64,000 bases of DNA from a virus. Lineage: Duplodnaviria; Caudoviricetes. Shown one piece after another: positions 46,278-56,337 of the stretch (positions are counted from its first letter, which is position 1; each line of letters starts with the position of its first letter). The position numbers and the translations under genes are program-made. Below the pieces are notes generated by a model, which worked only from the letters and a program-made list of their open reading frames with translations, was not told the origin of the DNA and searched no databases. The stretch covers positions 1 through 64,000 of IMG/VR virus record IMGVR_UViG_2721755486_000001; one strand, given 5' to 3'.

Positions 46278-47462
46278 ATGACTGACCAAAGCGTTAAGTC
46301 TTCGACTGGCGAGGGCGCGATCTGGGAGGACACGGTTATCCTAGCTTTCAGAGACCTGCAATGGTCCTACTGGTTGCGTGAGGAGGTCCAACTACGCTCG
46401 GCTAGCAAGCAGGATTTCGGGACGCTTTGGGAGAGTGGGCCGGCGGGTGCCTATAAACTTGACGATCGGGCTGAATCGGCGCTGGGCGATATGCTGGCCT
46501 CCAACAAGGGGCGGTACTTTTTGATGGAGTTCAAGGCGGAGCGAAGTGGACACTCCGATGAGCGTGGGAAAAGCATGTTCGAGCGCGTGGCGAACTTTCT
46601 CACAGAGCCAGACGACAAGACGGCACGGTTTCGCGAGATAGCAGATAAATGCCATTTCGGAGTCTTCGCGACGGACATTGATCCCACTTCAAAAGCGAAA
46701 AAGAACGCAAAGAAGATCGAAAAAGTGCCGAACAGTCGAATCCAACTGTGGCTTGGCGCTCATCCGTATCTGGACTGGGTCTATCTGAGCCTCAAAGAAG
46801 TGTTGGATGATCCAAAATCCAAGGAGAAAATCCAGAATCTGGTTGACACGAATAGTCGTGTCAACGGGTTTTTAAGTGATCTGGAATCCAATGTTTCTGA
46901 CAAATGGGAAGTGTTCGGAAGTACGCGGTGGGGGAAGGACACACTGAAACAGGCCTTTCTACGACAGAGGGTGAAGTCGAAGAAAGTTGAACTTGCTAAC
47001 TTAATCTTGGAACGCTTTGATTTGCTCGAGGAAGCGTTGAAGGGACGCGGCAACCTGTTCTATCACATTAAGCAGCGACTCCGTCACACACAGATTCAAG
47101 CCATCGACACGCTCCCGTTCGAAAAGATGGTGTTTGGCCCCCCGCCAGATCTGACGGAGGGTGACGAAAGGCTTCCAACCGGAGCTACGGCACAGGAGAT
47201 GCGTGAATACCTTCGGCTGCTGATCGGTATTTCTGGACCTGGCCAACCGCCGACACCGACCGGTGGGTGGCCTGGAGACGATCTTAGGTTTAACTTAGTA
47301 AGTGTGGATCGATCAAGTGGCCGGATGGAAGTCATTCTGACGGTTCTTACGGGTAAGCAGCTTTACGAGCAACTTCCCGATGAGGTTCAGGGCACGGCAC
47401 ATAAGGGCACATTGGCTGTGAACGGCAAGGGGGAGGAAAGGGAACATGAGGACGAGGTCTAG
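46278..47462 (+). CDS. Lower-GC hypothetical protein, possible PD-(D/E)xK nuclease
   Basis: LGDMLA....YFLMEFK motif; visibly more AT-rich than its flanks. Confidence 0.65.
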   Translation: MTDQSVKSSTGEGAIWEDTVILAFRDLQWSYWLREEVQLRSASKQDFGTLWESGPAGAYKLDDRAESALGDMLASNKGRYFLMEFKAERSGHSDERGKSMFERVANFLTEPDDKTARFREIADKCHFGVFATDIDPTSKAKKNAKKIEKVPNSRIQLWLGAHPYLDWVYLSLKEVLDDPKSKEKIQNLVDTNSRVNGFLSDLESNVSDKWEVFGSTRWGKDTLKQAFLRQRVKSKKVELANLILERFDLLEEALKGRGNLFYHIKQRLRHTQIQAIDTLPFEKMVFGPPPDLTEGDERLPTGATAQEMREYLRLLIGISGPGQPPTPTGGWPGDDLRFNLVSVDRSSGRMEVILTVLTGKQLYEQLPDEVQGTAHKGTLAVNGKGEEREHEDEV

Positions 47463-47495
47463 TACGTCGCGTGCGTTACAACGACAGATGACGGC

Positions 47496-47523
47496 TTGAC
47501 ATCACGCATTTTCTCACTAAGTT
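47496..47523 (+). promoter_or_regulatory. Backbone promoter TTGACA-N16-TAAGTT
   Basis: Read directly from the sequence. Confidence 0.6.
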
Positions 47524-47553
47524 GGGATCTCGCACTCCCCACGCGAGATCCCC

Positions 47554-48009
47554 ATGAATACCCGCCTGATCAAACTGGACGCCACCCTTCGGCTCGTCCG
47601 TCGAGCGTTGCGCGAATCCTTCCCCCGCCACACCATCGACGCGTCGCCGAGCCCCACCGGGCGGTGCGGGATCCACGTCACCTGGAGCGACGGCCCCACC
47701 GTGGAGCAGGTGCAGAGGGTCCTCGACCCGTTCGGCTTGGGCGGCCACAACGAGGTGCATTGGCACAGCATGAACGGCTCGCCGGTCACGTTCCAGCCGT
47801 TCATGCGCGTCCAGCGCTCGACCACCGGAGAACCGGTCGACCCGGTGGCGCCGCAACCGTCGGCGACGCTGGCCAACATCACCACGTTCAACGAGTACCG
47901 CGCCTGGTCCGCCCACCTGCGGGAGCTGGACCTCATGCGTCGGAGCAAGCGACTGCTGCGCCGCCTGGAAGGGCAGAGCGCGATGGTCGAGGCGATCACC
48001 GCGACTTGA
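47554..48009 (+). CDS. LPD29-like protein
   Basis: VRRALRESFP....IHVTWSDGPTVEQVQRVL resembles large-polyvalent-protein domain 29. Confidence 0.6.
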   Translation: MNTRLIKLDATLRLVRRALRESFPRHTIDASPSPTGRCGIHVTWSDGPTVEQVQRVLDPFGLGGHNEVHWHSMNGSPVTFQPFMRVQRSTTGEPVDPVAPQPSATLANITTFNEYRAWSAHLRELDLMRRSKRLLRRLEGQSAMVEAITAT

Positions 48010-48033
48010 CGGGCCCGCGGAACCCGCTAGTAA
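48006..48033 (+). promoter_or_regulatory. Backbone promoter TTGACG-N16-TAGTAA
   Basis: Same geometry, with CGC before the -10. Confidence 0.5.
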
Positions 48034-48090
48034 TGGTTGGAGCACCGCGAGAGCGGTGCCGCCACCACTCGCACAGGAGAACCCGCCACC

Positions 48091-48672
48091 ATGACCATCG
48101 CTCAACCCGCCCGAACGCAGGCCCCCCGGACCTCCCCGCCGGGCACGATGGTGCGCTCCGAAGCGGCGGCCTACCTGGGCTGCAGCATCTACGCGGTGGA
48201 CCGCCTCTGCCGCCGCTACGGGGTTGAGCGCACCCGTGGCCCACGTGGCTACAACTACGTGACCCGGGCCGGCCTGGCCAAGATCCGGGCCCAGCTCGAC
48301 CACATCCGCAGCGGCACGCTGCTGACCGAACGCGAGGCCGCGGCCCGGGCGGGTGTGTCGTACGCGACCCTGCGGACCATCCAGGCGCGCGGCGAACTGA
48401 CGCTGGCGTTGCGGGCGCCGCGGGCGCGGTATTTCCACCCCGACGCCATCGACGCGATGGTGGCCCGGATGGATCCGGCTGGCTACGTGTCGACGGCCCA
48501 GGCCTGCGCGAAGCTCGGCTTGACGCGGCAGCGCGTGTCCCAGCTCGTGCTCCGGGGGCGCCTGCACCCGAACATCAACCCTCGGGGGCAACGGCGATTC
48601 GCGGTGGTCGAGCTGGACGCCTACGCGGCGCAGGATCCTGTCCAGGGGCATGGGGCTGCCACGAACGTTTGA
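48091..48672 (+). CDS. Protein with three tandem MerR/Xis-like HTH domains
   Basis: EAAAYLGCSIYAV; EAAARAGVSYATL; QACAKLGLTRQRVSQL; AGGAG RBS. Confidence 0.75.
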   Translation: MTIAQPARTQAPRTSPPGTMVRSEAAAYLGCSIYAVDRLCRRYGVERTRGPRGYNYVTRAGLAKIRAQLDHIRSGTLLTEREAAARAGVSYATLRTIQARGELTLALRAPRARYFHPDAIDAMVARMDPAGYVSTAQACAKLGLTRQRVSQLVLRGRLHPNINPRGQRRFAVVELDAYAAQDPVQGHGAATNV

Positions 48673-48678
48673 CCGTGA

Positions 48679-48723
48679 CCGTGCCCTGGCACGGCTTGAC
48701 CGACCGTAGAAACTTGCAAAGTG
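48679..48723 (+). promoter_or_regulatory. Perfect palindrome (48679-48694) followed by TTGACC-N16-AAAGTG
   Basis: Palindrome lies 1 bp upstream of the -35. Confidence 0.65.
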
Positions 48724-48796
48724 CATGGAAGTACGAGAGCTTGATCCGACCGGCCCGGCACCCGCAGGGCCTTCACATCGACAGGAGGGGAACCAC

Positions 48797-49348
48797 ATGG
48801 AGCAGTTGGGCAACACTTACGAGGACCGTTTCACCGACCCGGAAGACCAGGCGGAACCGGCGCTGGAGTTCACCGCGGACGCGCTGGGCACCGGCGCGAT
48901 GGGCGGCAAGGTCCCGGTGGTGATCCCGGTCGGCGACGACGTGGACCTGAGCAAGCCGCTGGCCCCGACGCACGACGAGAACAAGGGGTTCATGCGGTTC
49001 ATGCCGGCCCTGATCAAGGAAATGAACCGCAAGGGCGTGCCGTTCACCATCGACGGCAACACCGGGATCATCACCATCAGCGGGTTCTACAAGAACGGGC
49101 CGATGACGCTCGAGGTCGAGGCCAACGACGACATCGTGGCGATCGACAAGCGGGCCCGCCGCAAGGTCATGAAGACCTACGACGATTTGGTGAAGCTCAA
49201 CTTCTTCTGGTGGCAGCAGTCCACGGGCCAGGGCGTGCCCCGCAACCCGGACCGGCCGTGGCTGGACGCGTTCCTCGATAAGGGGTGGGTGCGCCGGTCC
49301 GTGATCTACCTGCCGAGCACGGACCAGGCGCCGGTGGACGACGAGTAA
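48797..49348 (+). CDS. Hypothetical protein
   Basis: AGGAGG RBS, ATG at 48797; followed by a terminator at about 49373-49397. Confidence 0.75.
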   Translation: MEQLGNTYEDRFTDPEDQAEPALEFTADALGTGAMGGKVPVVIPVGDDVDLSKPLAPTHDENKGFMRFMPALIKEMNRKGVPFTIDGNTGIITISGFYKNGPMTLEVEANDDIVAIDKRARRKVMKTYDDLVKLNFFWWQQSTGQGVPRNPDRPWLDAFLDKGWVRRSVIYLPSTDQAPVDDE

Positions 49349-49479
49349 GCCCACCCACTAGGCTGTCGGGCCAACGGTCGCTTAGGCGGCCGTTTTTCGT
49401 ACCGAGGCGTGGTGGGGCTGGGGGTGTTCACTCTTTGCTCGTAGAATCGTGCGGAACCGTTCCACCGCCACGCCGCACC

Positions 49480-50025
49480 ATGATCATCGACGAGACCAAA
49501 ATCACATCCTTCCAGAGCATTATCACCGTGGTGCTGCGCGAGCTGCGCGTGGCCCAAGGCATCCACCAGGCGGTGCTCTCCGACCATTGCAACAAGCCGT
49601 CGTCCTTCTGGGAGAAGGTTGAGGCAGGTAAGACCAAGCTCGACCTCGACACGTTGCTACGGGTGTGCCGTCCCCTCGATGCCTTGCCGTCCGAGGTCAT
49701 TTCGACGGCGGAGAAGTACCGCTGGGCCATGGAGCAGCGGGGTTGGTCCGTCCTGCTGTCGGACATCGGCAATGCCGATGCGCTGATGGACCTCGCACCG
49801 AAGTATTGGGCCTCGCCTGGCTACCGGTTCTGGCTTGCCAGCGCGTGGGTGGGGCGGACCATCCTCGACACGCCCAGGTTCTTCGACAACGGCTACGCCA
49901 AAGGGTGGTACGGTCTGGCGGCGGTCTTCGAGTTCGCGGTCGACGAGGGCTTCCGTGCGACGCAGCTCGACGAGGAACGCAATCGCCCGTTCATCGGCCC
50001 GCCGAAACCTGGTTTCAACTTCTGA
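49480..50025 (+). CDS. XRE-family HTH protein
   Basis: LRELRVAQGIHQAVLSDHCNKPSSFWEKVEAGK..LDTLLRVC. Confidence 0.75.
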   Translation: MIIDETKITSFQSIITVVLRELRVAQGIHQAVLSDHCNKPSSFWEKVEAGKTKLDLDTLLRVCRPLDALPSEVISTAEKYRWAMEQRGWSVLLSDIGNADALMDLAPKYWASPGYRFWLASAWVGRTILDTPRFFDNGYAKGWYGLAAVFEFAVDEGFRATQLDEERNRPFIGPPKPGFNF

Positions 50026-50034
50026 ACGTCGGAC

Positions 50035-50670
50035 ATGGCTGATCAGATCGACGCCCCGCGTACCTTGCGCCACCCCCAGGCGATCGCTCAGCGCCGGGCC
50101 ATGCTCGCGGAGCCCCACATCGCCCCGCTGGCGCTGTACGTCGAGGGCCTGCGGGCGCAGCACCCGACCTGGGAGTTTCAGGACTTCGATCCCCTGGACG
50201 GCGGCGTGCAGGCGGACATGCTGTTCCTGCTCGAAAAGCCCGGGCCCATGACCTCGCCCAACGGCAAAAAGCAGGGTTCCGGGTTCATTTCCCGGAACAA
50301 CGACGACCCCACGGCCGAGGCCGTGTTCCGGTTCATGGAGGAGGCGGGCATCCCGCGCAAGCGCGCGGTCCTCTGGAACGTGATCCCGTGGTGGGACAAG
50401 TCGATCAAGTTCACGTCGGCGGAGGTCCGTCGCGGGATCGAGGAGCTGCGCAACCTGCTTCCGTTGCTCCCGTCGATCCGCACCGTGGTGCTGGTCGGTG
50501 GCCAGGCCCGTCGCGCGCTCCCCATGCTGCAGGCGCTCCGGCCGGACCTGCGGATCTGCACGTCGGCGCACCCGGGGCGGCAGGTGTACCGCTTCAACCC
50601 CGATCAGTGGAAGGCCATACCGGAGCAGTGGCGGGTGGCGGGGCTGGCGGCGCGGCTGGGCCTAGCGTAA
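50035..50670 (+). CDS. Uracil-DNA glycosylase superfamily protein
   Basis: FDPLDGG..LFLLEKPG (motif A-like), WNVIPW, VVLVG, SAHPG (motif B). Confidence 0.8.
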   Translation: MADQIDAPRTLRHPQAIAQRRAMLAEPHIAPLALYVEGLRAQHPTWEFQDFDPLDGGVQADMLFLLEKPGPMTSPNGKKQGSGFISRNNDDPTAEAVFRFMEEAGIPRKRAVLWNVIPWWDKSIKFTSAEVRRGIEELRNLLPLLPSIRTVVLVGGQARRALPMLQALRPDLRICTSAHPGRQVYRFNPDQWKAIPEQWRVAGLAARLGLA

Positions 50671-50833
50671 CCGAACCAGTAGACGACGGTCACTGGGCTC
50701 TTTTGCTGGTCTGGCCCGCCACGATGCTCTGCTCGTCTAGAAGGGTTTCGAAGATCGTCGATCCCGGGCAAAAATCTTTCCGCCCGGTTACGCGTCCCCT
50801 TAAAATAGGCAAAAGTCCCAACGGCTCAAGGAC

Positions 50834-52975
50834 ATGACTACAAACGAAGCTTTTTCCCGGGTGTTGATCGACGCGCTTCTCGCGGACCAGGGTTGGAAGA
50901 CCACCGACCCGACTCAGGTGCGGTATGAAGTGGTGATGCCGGACGGCACGCGTGCCGACTACGTTCTATGCGACCGGCATGGGCGATCGCTGGCAGTGAT
51001 CGAAGCCAAGCGCTTCACGACGAACCCGGCGGACGCGGCGGAGCAGGCCAAGCGCTATGCCGAGCATCTGAACGTCCCGTACGTCTTTTTGACCAACGGC
51101 GCCGAGCTTCTGTTTTGGGAGTGGCGGGCTCAAGCCCACCCACATCCGGTCAAAACGTTCTTCAAGCAGGACGACCTTGAACGCCGGTTCGCAAGTCTGA
51201 CGGTCCGTAAGGACCTGCTGTCTGTGCCGATCGACCTGAAGATAGTCGAGCGGGAATACCAGACCAAGGGCATCGACAAGCTCTGCAAGGAAATGCAGCA
51301 GGGCAGGCGCAAGTTGCTGGTGGAGATGGCCACCGGCACGGGCAAGACGCGCACGGCCGCAGCATTGATCAAACGGCTTTTCGAGGCCAACGCTGTGACC
51401 CGTGTGCTGTTCTTGGTGGACCGTATCCCGCTCGCGAAGCAGACCGAGGATGCTTTCGCCGAGCATTTGCCCGACTACCCGGCCTACGTGCTGCGCGCAG
51501 GACGTCGGTTCCAGGACGAGAAGCGGATCACCGTGACCACGTTGCAGAGCATGGTCAACATCTATTCGGAATACTCTTCCGGCTACTTCGACCTGATCAT
51601 ATCGGACGAGTGCCACCGCTCGATCTACGGCCAATGGTCCGGGGTTCTCAAATACTTCGACGGGGTGCAGATCGGACTGACCGCGACGCCCTGCGTCGCC
51701 AACCTGGACGATGCGCAGGCGGACGCGGACGACAAGCAGTTCGTGCGCGACACACTGCGATTCTTCGAGGTCGATGAGCCGACCTTTTCGTACAAGCTTA
51801 AAGACGCCATTTCGGAAGGCTGGCTCGTTCCATATCAAGTGTACGCAGCGCAGACCGTCAAGACGGCGGCGGAAGGCGGGTTCGAAGTCTACCGCAAAGA
51901 CCTCGATTGGTCGGCCATGGACGACGAGACGTCCGCTGAGTTCGAGCAACTGTTTGCCAACCGGGATCCGATCGTAATCGACCCGGCCGCGCTCGAGCGA
52001 AAGTTCACCATCCCGGAGCGCAACCGTGCCATCGTCCGAGAGTTCCGAGACGTGTTGCAGAACGGGTTCACGGACCAAAAGGGCGTGCTCCGGATGCCGC
52101 TGATCGGCAAGACCATCGTTTTCGCGGTCAACAAGAAGCACGCCGAGACGCTGGCCAATCTGTTCGACACCGAGTTCGCCGACAAGAAGCCGTCGCCGGA
52201 CGTGCGCTACGCCGACTACGTGGTGTCAGGCGCCGGGCCGGACGATACCGTTGACGCGATGGCGAAGATCAAGCGGTTCAAGAAGGAGCAGTTTCCTCAG
52301 ATCCTCGTGTCGGTCAACATGCTCGACACGGGTTTCGATTGCCCGGACGTCGTGAACCTGGTGTTTGCGCGTTTCACGCGCTCCGCCATCCTGTACCAGC
52401 AGATGCGCGGCCGTGGCACTCGCAAAGCCAAAAACAAACCAGTTTTCACCATCTTCGACTTCGTTGGCGTCGTGGCCTACCACGGTGACGAGGATCCGGT
52501 CGGAGAGGGCGGCATCGTGGTGTCGAAGACCCCTCGAACAAAGAAGTACGAACCGACACGCCTGCTGTCACTCGACGTGGACGACCACATCGACCCGACC
52601 ACGCGCGAATGGATCACCATGGACGAGGACGGGAACATGCAGTTCCCCGAGGCGTCTGCTCAGCGCGCCGAAGAACTGGGCGCACGGTTCGAAGCCTGGC
52701 GGTTGCAGCAGACCGTGAGCCCGGAGCAAGATCGCTGGCTGCGTATCCTCGGCGCGCAGATTCGCGCAAACGCCGACGATTTGACGGAGTTGTTTCCCGA
52801 GCACTTCGCCTACTTCCACACCTTTTCGCAGATGGGTGGCCTGAAAGAGGCCGAGCGCGTCTTCGGTTCGAGTGAGGCCGTACAGAGTCTGATCGGTTCA
52901 CTTAACGCCGCGCTTTTCCCGATCGACGATTCGGGCGCCCCCGACGCGCCAGCAGATCAGCCGGTCGCGCACTAA
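50834..52975 (+). CDS. hsdR: Type I restriction enzyme R subunit
   Basis: RADYVL..VIEAKR nuclease motif; MATGTGKT; DECHR; LTATP; MLDTGFD; QMRGRGTR. Confidence 0.92.
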   Translation: MTTNEAFSRVLIDALLADQGWKTTDPTQVRYEVVMPDGTRADYVLCDRHGRSLAVIEAKRFTTNPADAAEQAKRYAEHLNVPYVFLTNGAELLFWEWRAQAHPHPVKTFFKQDDLERRFASLTVRKDLLSVPIDLKIVEREYQTKGIDKLCKEMQQGRRKLLVEMATGTGKTRTAAALIKRLFEANAVTRVLFLVDRIPLAKQTEDAFAEHLPDYPAYVLRAGRRFQDEKRITVTTLQSMVNIYSEYSSGYFDLIISDECHRSIYGQWSGVLKYFDGVQIGLTATPCVANLDDAQADADDKQFVRDTLRFFEVDEPTFSYKLKDAISEGWLVPYQVYAAQTVKTAAEGGFEVYRKDLDWSAMDDETSAEFEQLFANRDPIVIDPAALERKFTIPERNRAIVREFRDVLQNGFTDQKGVLRMPLIGKTIVFAVNKKHAETLANLFDTEFADKKPSPDVRYADYVVSGAGPDDTVDAMAKIKRFKKEQFPQILVSVNMLDTGFDCPDVVNLVFARFTRSAILYQQMRGRGTRKAKNKPVFTIFDFVGVVAYHGDEDPVGEGGIVVSKTPRTKKYEPTRLLSLDVDDHIDPTTREWITMDEDGNMQFPEASAQRAEELGARFEAWRLQQTVSPEQDRWLRILGAQIRANADDLTELFPEHFAYFHTFSQMGGLKEAERVFGSSEAVQSLIGSLNAALFPIDDSGAPDAPADQPVAH

Positions 52976-53002
52976 CATTCATAAATACGCAAGGTAGCAC
53001 CT

Positions 53003-54625
53003 ATGCCATTAACGCCGAACATGCGGCGGTCAATCGACCAGATTCGTGATTACCTCTTTGGAGGCGGCTATCCCGATCCAGTGTCGAACGCTGAACAACT
53101 GTCTTTCCTCTTCTTCTTCTACCTGATCGAAGGTATCGACGCCGAGAACACCATGAAGGCGCGGGTGCTGAAACATCCGTACCAAAGCATTTTCGTCGGT
53201 GACTGGGCGGTGAAGAACCCGCTCAACGCCGACCAGGGAAAGAACACCATTCCTCGTGATCGGTTCAAATGGTCGGTGTGGGCCAAGGCGATGTCTGGCG
53301 AGGCACTGGTGCGGTTCGTCCGTGACGAAGTTTTCCCGTTTTTTGCCGAGATGGGTGAAAGTGCTGCGCACAACTTCATGGACGGCGCGCGACTGAACAT
53401 CACGGATCCCACCGTGCTCACGCAGGTCGTAAACCTGGTCGATGGGCTGCGGCTCGATGCGGCAGACGCCGACACGAAAGGCGACCTCTTCGAACACGTC
53501 CTTCGTCAGATCAAGCAGGCAGGCGAACTCGGACAGTTCCGCACGCCACGACACATCATCCGCGCTATCACGGAGATCGTTGATCCGAAGATCGGCGAGA
53601 CGGTCTACGATCCCGCGGCTGGCACCGCTGGCTTCTTGGTCGCGGCATACAACCATATTCGCGTGGCGAACTCGTCGCCCAACGCGGTCGAGACGGTCGA
53701 GGTGGACGGCAAGGACCAACGGCGGGGCGCTGGCGACCGGCTCTCGATCGCCCAGAACACGGCCCTGCAAAACGCGACGTTCTTCGGGAACGACGTAGAC
53801 CCGAAAATGGTTCACTTGGCGACGATGAACCTGATTTTGCGTGGGCTGCCGAACGTTCGAGTTCGCCTGCGCAACGTGCTGACCACCACCATTGAGCGGG
53901 AGCAGAAGGAAACGCTTGGCCTGCCGGTGGATGGCTACCACGTGATTCTCGCCAATCCCCCGTTTGCGGGCCGGATCGACAAAGACCGGGTTGTCGAGGA
54001 TGTCAAGGTCGGGAACAGCACAGCCACAGAACTGCTGTTCCTCAAATACATGATCGATAGCCTTCGTCCAGGCGGCAGATGTGGCGTTATCGTCCCAGAG
54101 GGTGTGCTGTTTGGCACCACCGGAGCACATCTCGAACTGAGACGACAACTGCTTGAGAACAACCAGGTTGAAGCGGTCTTGTCCCTCCCGGGTGGGGTCT
54201 TTCAGCCTTATTCGGTCGTTAAGACGTCCGTCCTGTTTTTCCGGAAAGGCGGGCGGACAAGCAATGTCCTGTTCCTGCACGCGGACAACGACGGCTACAA
54301 AAGGGACGCGAATCACGATTTGCCTATCGAGGCCGACGATTTGCCTGCAGTTGTGCAAGGTTTTCGTGATCGCGAAGAAAGGCTCGCCGCATGGCAGCGG
54401 CGAGACGCCAGCACTGAATGGACGGAGAAATGGTGGTTTGCCGACGAGGCAGCGATTCGCGGCAACAGCCTACGGCTTTCAGCCGGTCAATATCGTCCTC
54501 GAAGCCAATCGATGGTCGAACACCGTAGTTCCATAGAACTCCTCGACGAGTTGGCGGCGCTCGAACGGGAAATCGTGGAAGAGGTTGAAGCGTTGAGGTT
54601 GATAGTGCGGAACGGCGAACAATGA
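53003..54625 (+). CDS. hsdM: Type I R-M methyltransferase subunit
   Basis: GQFRTPR; DPAAGTAGF (motif I); ANPPF (motif IV); IVPEGVLF. Confidence 0.95.
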   Translation: MPLTPNMRRSIDQIRDYLFGGGYPDPVSNAEQLSFLFFFYLIEGIDAENTMKARVLKHPYQSIFVGDWAVKNPLNADQGKNTIPRDRFKWSVWAKAMSGEALVRFVRDEVFPFFAEMGESAAHNFMDGARLNITDPTVLTQVVNLVDGLRLDAADADTKGDLFEHVLRQIKQAGELGQFRTPRHIIRAITEIVDPKIGETVYDPAAGTAGFLVAAYNHIRVANSSPNAVETVEVDGKDQRRGAGDRLSIAQNTALQNATFFGNDVDPKMVHLATMNLILRGLPNVRVRLRNVLTTTIEREQKETLGLPVDGYHVILANPPFAGRIDKDRVVEDVKVGNSTATELLFLKYMIDSLRPGGRCGVIVPEGVLFGTTGAHLELRRQLLENNQVEAVLSLPGGVFQPYSVVKTSVLFFRKGGRTSNVLFLHADNDGYKRDANHDLPIEADDLPAVVQGFRDREERLAAWQRRDASTEWTEKWWFADEAAIRGNSLRLSAGQYRPRSQSMVEHRSSIELLDELAALEREIVEEVEALRLIVRNGEQ

Positions 54626-55797
54626 GCAGCATGGTGAGAATACGCGATGTCGTGTCCCAGGATACAGGGACGAGGAATCCCACGCGCCAGCCGGCCGAGA
54701 GCTTCGAATATGTGGACGTTGCTGCGATCAACAACGAAAGCAAGACCATCGAAAGAGCGAAGACACTGTTGGGTGCGGACGCACCCAGCCGAGCGCGACG
54801 CCTAATCCAGGCCAACGACGTTCTGGTCTCAACGGTCAGACCAAACTTGAACGCGGTTGCTCTCGTCCCAGAACGATTGGGCGGGCAGGTGGCGAGTACA
54901 GGTTTCTGCGTGCTTCGCGCAAACGGTCAGGTCCTGCCGCAATATCTGTACTACTTCACTCGTTCTCACGGATTTGTTGAAAACCTGTCGCGCCTTGTTG
55001 CTGGGGCCCTGTATCCAGCAGTCACGGATGGGCAGGTATTGGATCAAGAGATACCGATGGTCTCTCCCGAGAAGCAGAGGGATGTGGTGGAGGCGCTGGC
55101 TGCGGCCGAAAGCATCGTCAGATTGTGCACCGAGGCGTCTGCAAAAACAGCGGAGCTTCTTCCTGTCATGTTCGTCGAAATGTACGGAGATCCGGCGACA
55201 AACCCGAAGGGCTGGCCGTTGCGGCAGGTATCGGATTTCGTCGAAAAGTTCGAGGGCGGGAAGAATCTTCTGGCGGGATCTGAGAACGGGTCACCGTTCC
55301 GTATCTTGAAGGTGAGCGCGGTCACTTCGGGGCGCTACCTGGAAGAGGAAAGCAAACCAACACCGGATGGATACCAGCCTCCCGACGCACACCTGGTGCG
55401 TGTCGGCGACATGCTTTTCTCGCGCGCAAACACAGAGCAACTCGTAGGCGCCACGGCTCTTGTCGAGAGCACGAACGGGCAAACGCTGCTGCCCGACAAA
55501 CTCTGGCGTATCGTGTGGTCCGAGCCGGCGGAGCCCGCGTATATGCACGCCCTGTTCCAATCGCGCTACGTACGTCAAGAACTGAGTCGGATCTCCACGG
55601 GTACAAGTTCATCAATGCGGAACATTTCTCAGGGGCGCCTTTTCGAACTGAGTTTGCCGGTGGCGCCGTACGACGAGCAGAGAGTGTTCGGCGAACGTGC
55701 GACAACGATCAGGTCGATTCAAAGTCAGCGCGCTGCCGCGCTGGAAAAAGCGCAGCAGACCTTTGATGCACTAATGGCAGCGGCCTTTCCGTACTAG
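54622..55797 (+). CDS. hsdS: Type I R-M specificity subunit
   Basis: Two TRD-like halves with helical spacers; GDPATNPKGW conserved linker; overlaps the hsdM stop. Confidence 0.92.
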   Translation: MSSMVRIRDVVSQDTGTRNPTRQPAESFEYVDVAAINNESKTIERAKTLLGADAPSRARRLIQANDVLVSTVRPNLNAVALVPERLGGQVASTGFCVLRANGQVLPQYLYYFTRSHGFVENLSRLVAGALYPAVTDGQVLDQEIPMVSPEKQRDVVEALAAAESIVRLCTEASAKTAELLPVMFVEMYGDPATNPKGWPLRQVSDFVEKFEGGKNLLAGSENGSPFRILKVSAVTSGRYLEEESKPTPDGYQPPDAHLVRVGDMLFSRANTEQLVGATALVESTNGQTLLPDKLWRIVWSEPAEPAYMHALFQSRYVRQELSRISTGTSSSMRNISQGRLFELSLPVAPYDEQRVFGERATTIRSIQSQRAAALEKAQQTFDALMAAAFPY

Positions 55798-56016
55798 GGG
55801 CGAAGCGGGTGGCTGGCATTGTGGAACGCGTGCCCTTCGGCCTGGTCAGGCTCCGAAGCGAGCCGAACCGATGGCGATCTTTCGAGTTTGATCGTCGATC
55901 GCCGCAGCGGTTCGACCGCGCAGCTACACCACGGGCGGAATCGCAACGCTGCGCTGGTCTTCAGGACGCGCATGGTCTACGGTACGTACTGCAGGACACA
56001 CCCCATGAGGCCGCCC

Positions 56017-56271
56017 ATGCTCACCGCTCGTTTTCTCCCCGCTGCGCTGCTCGCGGTTGGCATGTTGGCCAGCCCGTTGAGCTGGGCGGAGCAACCGATC
56101 AACACCACGAACATCAGCCCCGAGCTGTACGTCCCGAAGGTGCGCTCGCGCAACGGTCAGCCCCCACTGGCCCATTGCCGACAGATCAACCAGGAGGTGA
56201 ACGGGCACATGGTCTCGCGCCGGCAGTGCATCACCCCGGCGTCGATCCCACCGGACAGCGACGGGTCCTGA
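56017..56271 (+). CDS. Small secreted protein
   Basis: Signal peptide MLTARFLPAALLAVGMLASPLSWA; GAGG RBS; two Cys. Confidence 0.55.
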   Translation: MLTARFLPAALLAVGMLASPLSWAEQPINTTNISPELYVPKVRSRNGQPPLAHCRQINQEVNGHMVSRRQCITPASIPPDSDGS

Positions 56272-56291
56272 CGGAACCGCACCCAGCAAGC

Positions 56292-56318
56292 AAAACGCCC
56301 GGCATGACCGGGCGTTTT
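56292..56318. terminator. Bidirectional terminator
   Basis: AAAACGCCCGG-catga-CCGGGCGTTTT. Confidence 0.7.
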
Positions 56319-56337
56319 CACATGGGGCGATCGCGGC

